DNA of 64,000 nt from Octopus sinensis (lineage: Eukaryota). The stretch lies in NCBI RefSeq assembly GCF_006345805.1, contig NC_042997.1, positions 156,984,001 through 157,048,000 on the forward strand, given 5' to 3'. The notes beneath the pieces were generated by a model, which saw only the letters and a program-made list of their open reading frames with translations, was not told the DNA's origin and searched no databases. The stretch's first letter is position 1. Every line of letters begins with the position of its first letter. A program made the translations under genes and the position numbers. Of the stretch, positions 60,196 to 64,000 are shown in pieces.

Positions 60196-60855
60196 TGACT
60201 ATTCTGTCATTTAGTGGTATTACTTCGGGTCGATAAATTAAGTACCAGTTACACATTGGGGTCGATATAATCGACTTAATCCGTTTGTCTGTCCTTGTTT
60301 GTCCCCTCTGTGTTTAGTCCCTTGTGGGTAGTAAAGAAATAGGTATTACTTCGGCCAATGCTTTCTCTGCCAAACCATTGATTACTAATCGTACCCCTCC
60401 TGCTACAGCACCATTAGTACTTTTCCATGCACTTATGCACTTGTTGTTATTAGTGTGCAGCTTTCAAGTCGTTCAATGAGAGTAGGATCTTCATGCACTT
60501 TCTTGTGTTCAACTACTCCAAGGATGTTTAGTTATTATAAACAGAATAAGGCATAAACAAAACAATATTTACATGTATATAATATGTATATATTCGGCAT
60601 TACAATACAAAGTTGATTTCCTGTTGTCGAGAATTGTGTAACGGGAATAGGTTGCTTCTTGCACTTTTAGGGTGCAACTGGTGCATTCCAATTTCCGTTG
60701 CTTAAATTTCCAGATTCTACCAGTCAAAGAACTCAAAACGCAACAGTAAAAATATATACTCTTTATTGTTCTTATAACAGATAGAACTAAGGTGGTATAT
60801 TTGGTTCCACTTGGTATTTGGATGTGGCAAGGCTGAACTTTAACGCTTGTAAGAA

Positions 60856-61190
60856 ACTTACAAGTAGTTCAGCATCAAAACAGAGCTGGTCAAATATGGC
60901 GTCCTTAGAGAGCGAAGAAAATACGCGTCAGCAACAATTTGGTGTGGGTAGCCTTCTATCAGACTGCTACGGGGATTAGTTGATCACACGTATGAAAATA
61001 CGTGCTTTCCCTTCGGTCGCTGTGCCTCAAGTCATTCTGCTCACTGCTGCTATGCGTCTCCCTGTACCCTTTCTGGTCAAGGGTTTACGCTCCCTTGCCT
61101 ATCAGCTAAATGCCACATCATCTTTCCCTTCTTCCGGTCTTCGCGCATGCGCGAGAGGGCGTTGCGCGCGCGCGCGCTGCTGGATAGCGT
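60856..61190 (-). promoter_or_regulatory. CpG-rich housekeeping-type promoter with candidate non-coding first exon ending at 60862
   Basis: NRF1-type palindrome CGCGCATGCGCG at 61142-61153, ETS-type CTTCCGG at 61131-61137, YY1-type AAATATGGCG at 60892-60901, local CpG enrichment, and a minus-strand GTAAGT donor at 60856-60861. Direction and target gene are inferred. Confidence 0.5.
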
Positions 61191-61706
61191 CACTACAATT
61201 GTATACAAAGTATGTTATGCAAAAACATGAAGGAAAGCGAAATAGTTTCGTATATTGTCTGAGTTAGCTGTACTCAAGGATTCAGTACTTCTACTTTTTA
61301 TAAACCCTAGCAAATCTTCTAGAACCTTCGGATATACAATTTGGCGGGAATTTACGCAACGTTTTTTCAAGTCTATTACCCTAAATTATTATATATTGGC
61401 TGATATTGATTGGTCGAGAACCTTTACATGGGCGTTCATGCATTTTATGGCTATATAATTAGGTTCAAAGAGCTGATCCTGCTTTTTATCGAAATATAAT
61501 CAAGTCGTGGTTCGAAAATGGGAATATGAGCGAGGTGGTTCTAATCTAGCCGGAGTGTCGCTACAGGCTTTTGCATTTAAATAAAAAGTAGATTGTATGA
61601 TGCTTGTATATATTTTAAGGGAATTGAACGTAGGTTTTGAATGGAATGGATTTGTGAACACTGGAAAGAAATGTAGTGAGTATGCTTCCCTGGATAAAAA
61701 AGAATA

Positions 61707-61884
61707 TAAGGCGCAGGAGTGGCTGTGTGGTAAGTAGCTTGCTAAACAACCACATGGTTCCGGGTTCAGTCCCACTGCGTGACATCTTGGGCAAGTGTCT
61801 TCTGCTATAGCCCCGGGCTGACCAAAGCCTTATGAGTGGATTTGGTAGACGGAAACTGGAAGAAGCCTGTCGTATATATATATA

Positions 61885-61922
<38 letters not shown>

Positions 61923-62983
61923 ACGAACCTGCCGTCGCTCAAACTCGAACCCGGGACCCTACTAAGTCGAGCGACGACGATTGACTAGGCTCAGTCGAAC
62001 CGGGAATCCGCCACAGAGAGAAAACTGTGGTGGGGGACGGCAGCGAACTCGAACACCGGTGACCGGAGATAACAACAACAGGAGGAAGAGATAGAGAGAC
62101 AGCGGAAGGCAATTGCTTACGTTTAAGAACAGTTTATACAATTATTACGACATCAAATAAAATGTGATACATAGCAGATACGTTAAAGAAAATAACATGA
62201 AACAGAATTAAAAAGAAAACAACAAAATCATTTAAACATAACACGTCGTTCGAAAACAATCAAAGGCATGCACGATACAGAACGTCCGAAGCAATCGAAA
62301 CAAATGTTCAGTGCAATACAGTTCGGATCAATGTTCTACATTAAAGTCTTTCTCTTTCTTTTTTTCCTTCCTCTTTAACACAATTCACAATGTTCTTTAT
62401 AATTTCATTTCTTTTCTTCCTCTTTTCCTTCTTTCTTTTTTTTCACTATTCTTTTTTTTTGCATTTCACATCAAAACATACCGTTACAAGCTCCTACTAC
62501 AATAGCCAATGCCTTCACGCCGTAATCTCTCTCTTTCGCTCTACATGTCCCCAATGCTATCTGTCTGTCTTTCTCAACGTTGTCATCCTCTCGCTTGTCA
62601 TCTCTCACATTCACTGTCTGTCTTTCTCAACGTTGTCGTTGCCTCTCGCCATCGCAACCTTCTTGGCTGACCGTCCGTATCACTGCCGTCTTTTGCCAAT
62701 TCACTGTCTCAGGCAGAACTGACCTGTTGCCATCTCACTGTCTCGGGCAGAACTGACTTGTTGCCATCTCACTGTCTCAGGCAGAACTGCCAAACTAACC
62801 CAGCTGGTCGCATTTTAAAGGGTGGTTTCTTAAACTTTCCCTGACCGGAAAAGGGTCAGATGTCTCTTCCAAACCCATTAATCTCTCCAGAAACCGACAG
62901 GACAAAGGCTTTATCCGTCTGCCTGGCGCCAAACCACGAAACCAGGCCACAAGCACTCTGTTTCTCAACTGACCTCCATATCA

Positions 62984-63015
<32 letters not shown>

Positions 63016-63225
63016 GTGTGTTTGTGTGTCTGTGTTTGCCCCCCTAGTATTGCTTGACAACCTATGCTGGTGTGTTTACGTCCCCGTCACTTAGCGGTTC
63101 GGCAAAAGAGACGATAGAATAAGTACTGGGCTTACAAAGAATAAGTCCCGGGGTAGATTTGCTCGACTAAAGGCGGTGCTCCAGCATGACCGCAGTCAAA
63201 TGACTGAAACAAGTAAACGAGTAAA
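61707..63225 (+). mobile_element. SINE family A split by a solo LTR
   Basis: Head 61707-61875, TA tract, insertion, then (TA/TG) tract and tail 62984-63225. Confidence 0.88.
61919..62983. mobile_element. Solo LTR (~1065 bp), Gypsy-like termini
   Basis: TGTTACG...TATCA termini (reverse TGATA...CGTAACA); ATAT on both flanks within a (TA)n tract; internal ~35 bp tandem repeat x3 at ~62700-62790; no coding sequence. Confidence 0.75.
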
Positions 63226-64000
63226 AAAGAGTAAGAGTATGTACGAACGACGAAAGAACTGAGAGAAAACCTAAGAAAAATCAACCCCATACCAGCTTGG
63301 TATGATGCAAGAAAGTAGATATGTGATGGATGTAGAAGAGGACAGGTGTATGAATATAGAGAATGACGACTGTATAATGGCACTTATAAAAGAGAGGAAA
63401 CCGAGAAGACTTGGAATATATGCAATATTTTAGGTACCTTTTGTGCTGCTAATCATCGATCTCCCTCTCACGGATCATATTATTTTGACATCTATCACAC
63501 TTTTACCATCATCAATTTTTGCAAATATCTTTCCCTTGCTTTCCAATTAGCCTTGCCATAATGCCTTGATATTACGCTCTGCCATTGCTTTCTCTTCCAT
63601 TACCCCTCCGAGCACTGTTTCCTTCTCTCTCCTCTTCCACGCTGTTGCTTTAATCATTTTTATCTAACACTTCATGCTGTTACTTCATTTTTCGCTTTTC
63701 ACTTATTATCTCCCTTCCTTCTACTCACTCTGTTAATCAAATTGACTGTTGCGAAGGGGGACAACATTGAACAGTCGGGATCCATTTTGTCTAGCAGGGT
63801 GAAAAGTAACTACAATAGCATTGGTACCAAGGTAAAATGCATCTAGTACACTCTGTGAAATCGTTGACGAATAAATAATAAATAAAGACAATGAAGAATT
63901 GGAAGGATCCATCAGTTTTGTCTTGTTGAGGAGATGATAATTCCTCGAATACTGGCTTCACGTTAAGATGTATCTAGTAAATTCTGAAAATCGGTTATTA

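Noticed and set aside
60897-60980. Plus-strand start ATGGCG (MASLESEENTRQQQFG...) as a first coding exon
   Set aside because: In-frame stop after 27 codons, only weak donors, and no downstream exon identified; kept only as a YY1-type motif.

Overview
AT-rich, repeat-saturated eukaryotic DNA. The SINE and LINE families and the divergent, expanded 18S fragment suggest an octopus or other coleoid cephalopod (inference). The only host gene I can support is the 5' half of an SLC26A11-like anion transporter on the minus strand. It has 8 coding exons between 27784 and 1009 that splice in frame with GT-AG junctions into 317 codons, and it continues off the left edge of the window. A housekeeping-type promoter and a GTAAGT donor at about 60.9-61.2 kb may be its non-coding first exon, implying a ~33 kb 5'UTR intron (inference). 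The rest is mostly mobile DNA: at least three tRNA-derived SINE families, RTE LINE 3' ends, Penelope-like element (PLE) fragments, mariner, piggyBac-like and pogo-like MITEs, Helitrons, a solo LTR and a non-autonomous LTR element nested in a MITE. The most unusual signals are: (1) six hammerhead-ribozyme-type folds, five on the gene's sense strand, including two identical minimal type-I motifs placed in tandem by a 1.8 kb duplication and one fold with a non-canonical core; (2) two unrelated GG-terminated MITEs with 8-9 bp TSDs carrying telomere-like tracts; (3) a ~32-unit minisatellite grown from an RTE 3'UTR; (4) an intronic 18S rRNA fragment; (5) a pre-miRNA-like hairpin. There is no CRISPR array or prokaryotic system. 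Most ORFs in the supplied track are repeat artefacts. All coordinates were read by eye, and repeat boundaries are approximate.
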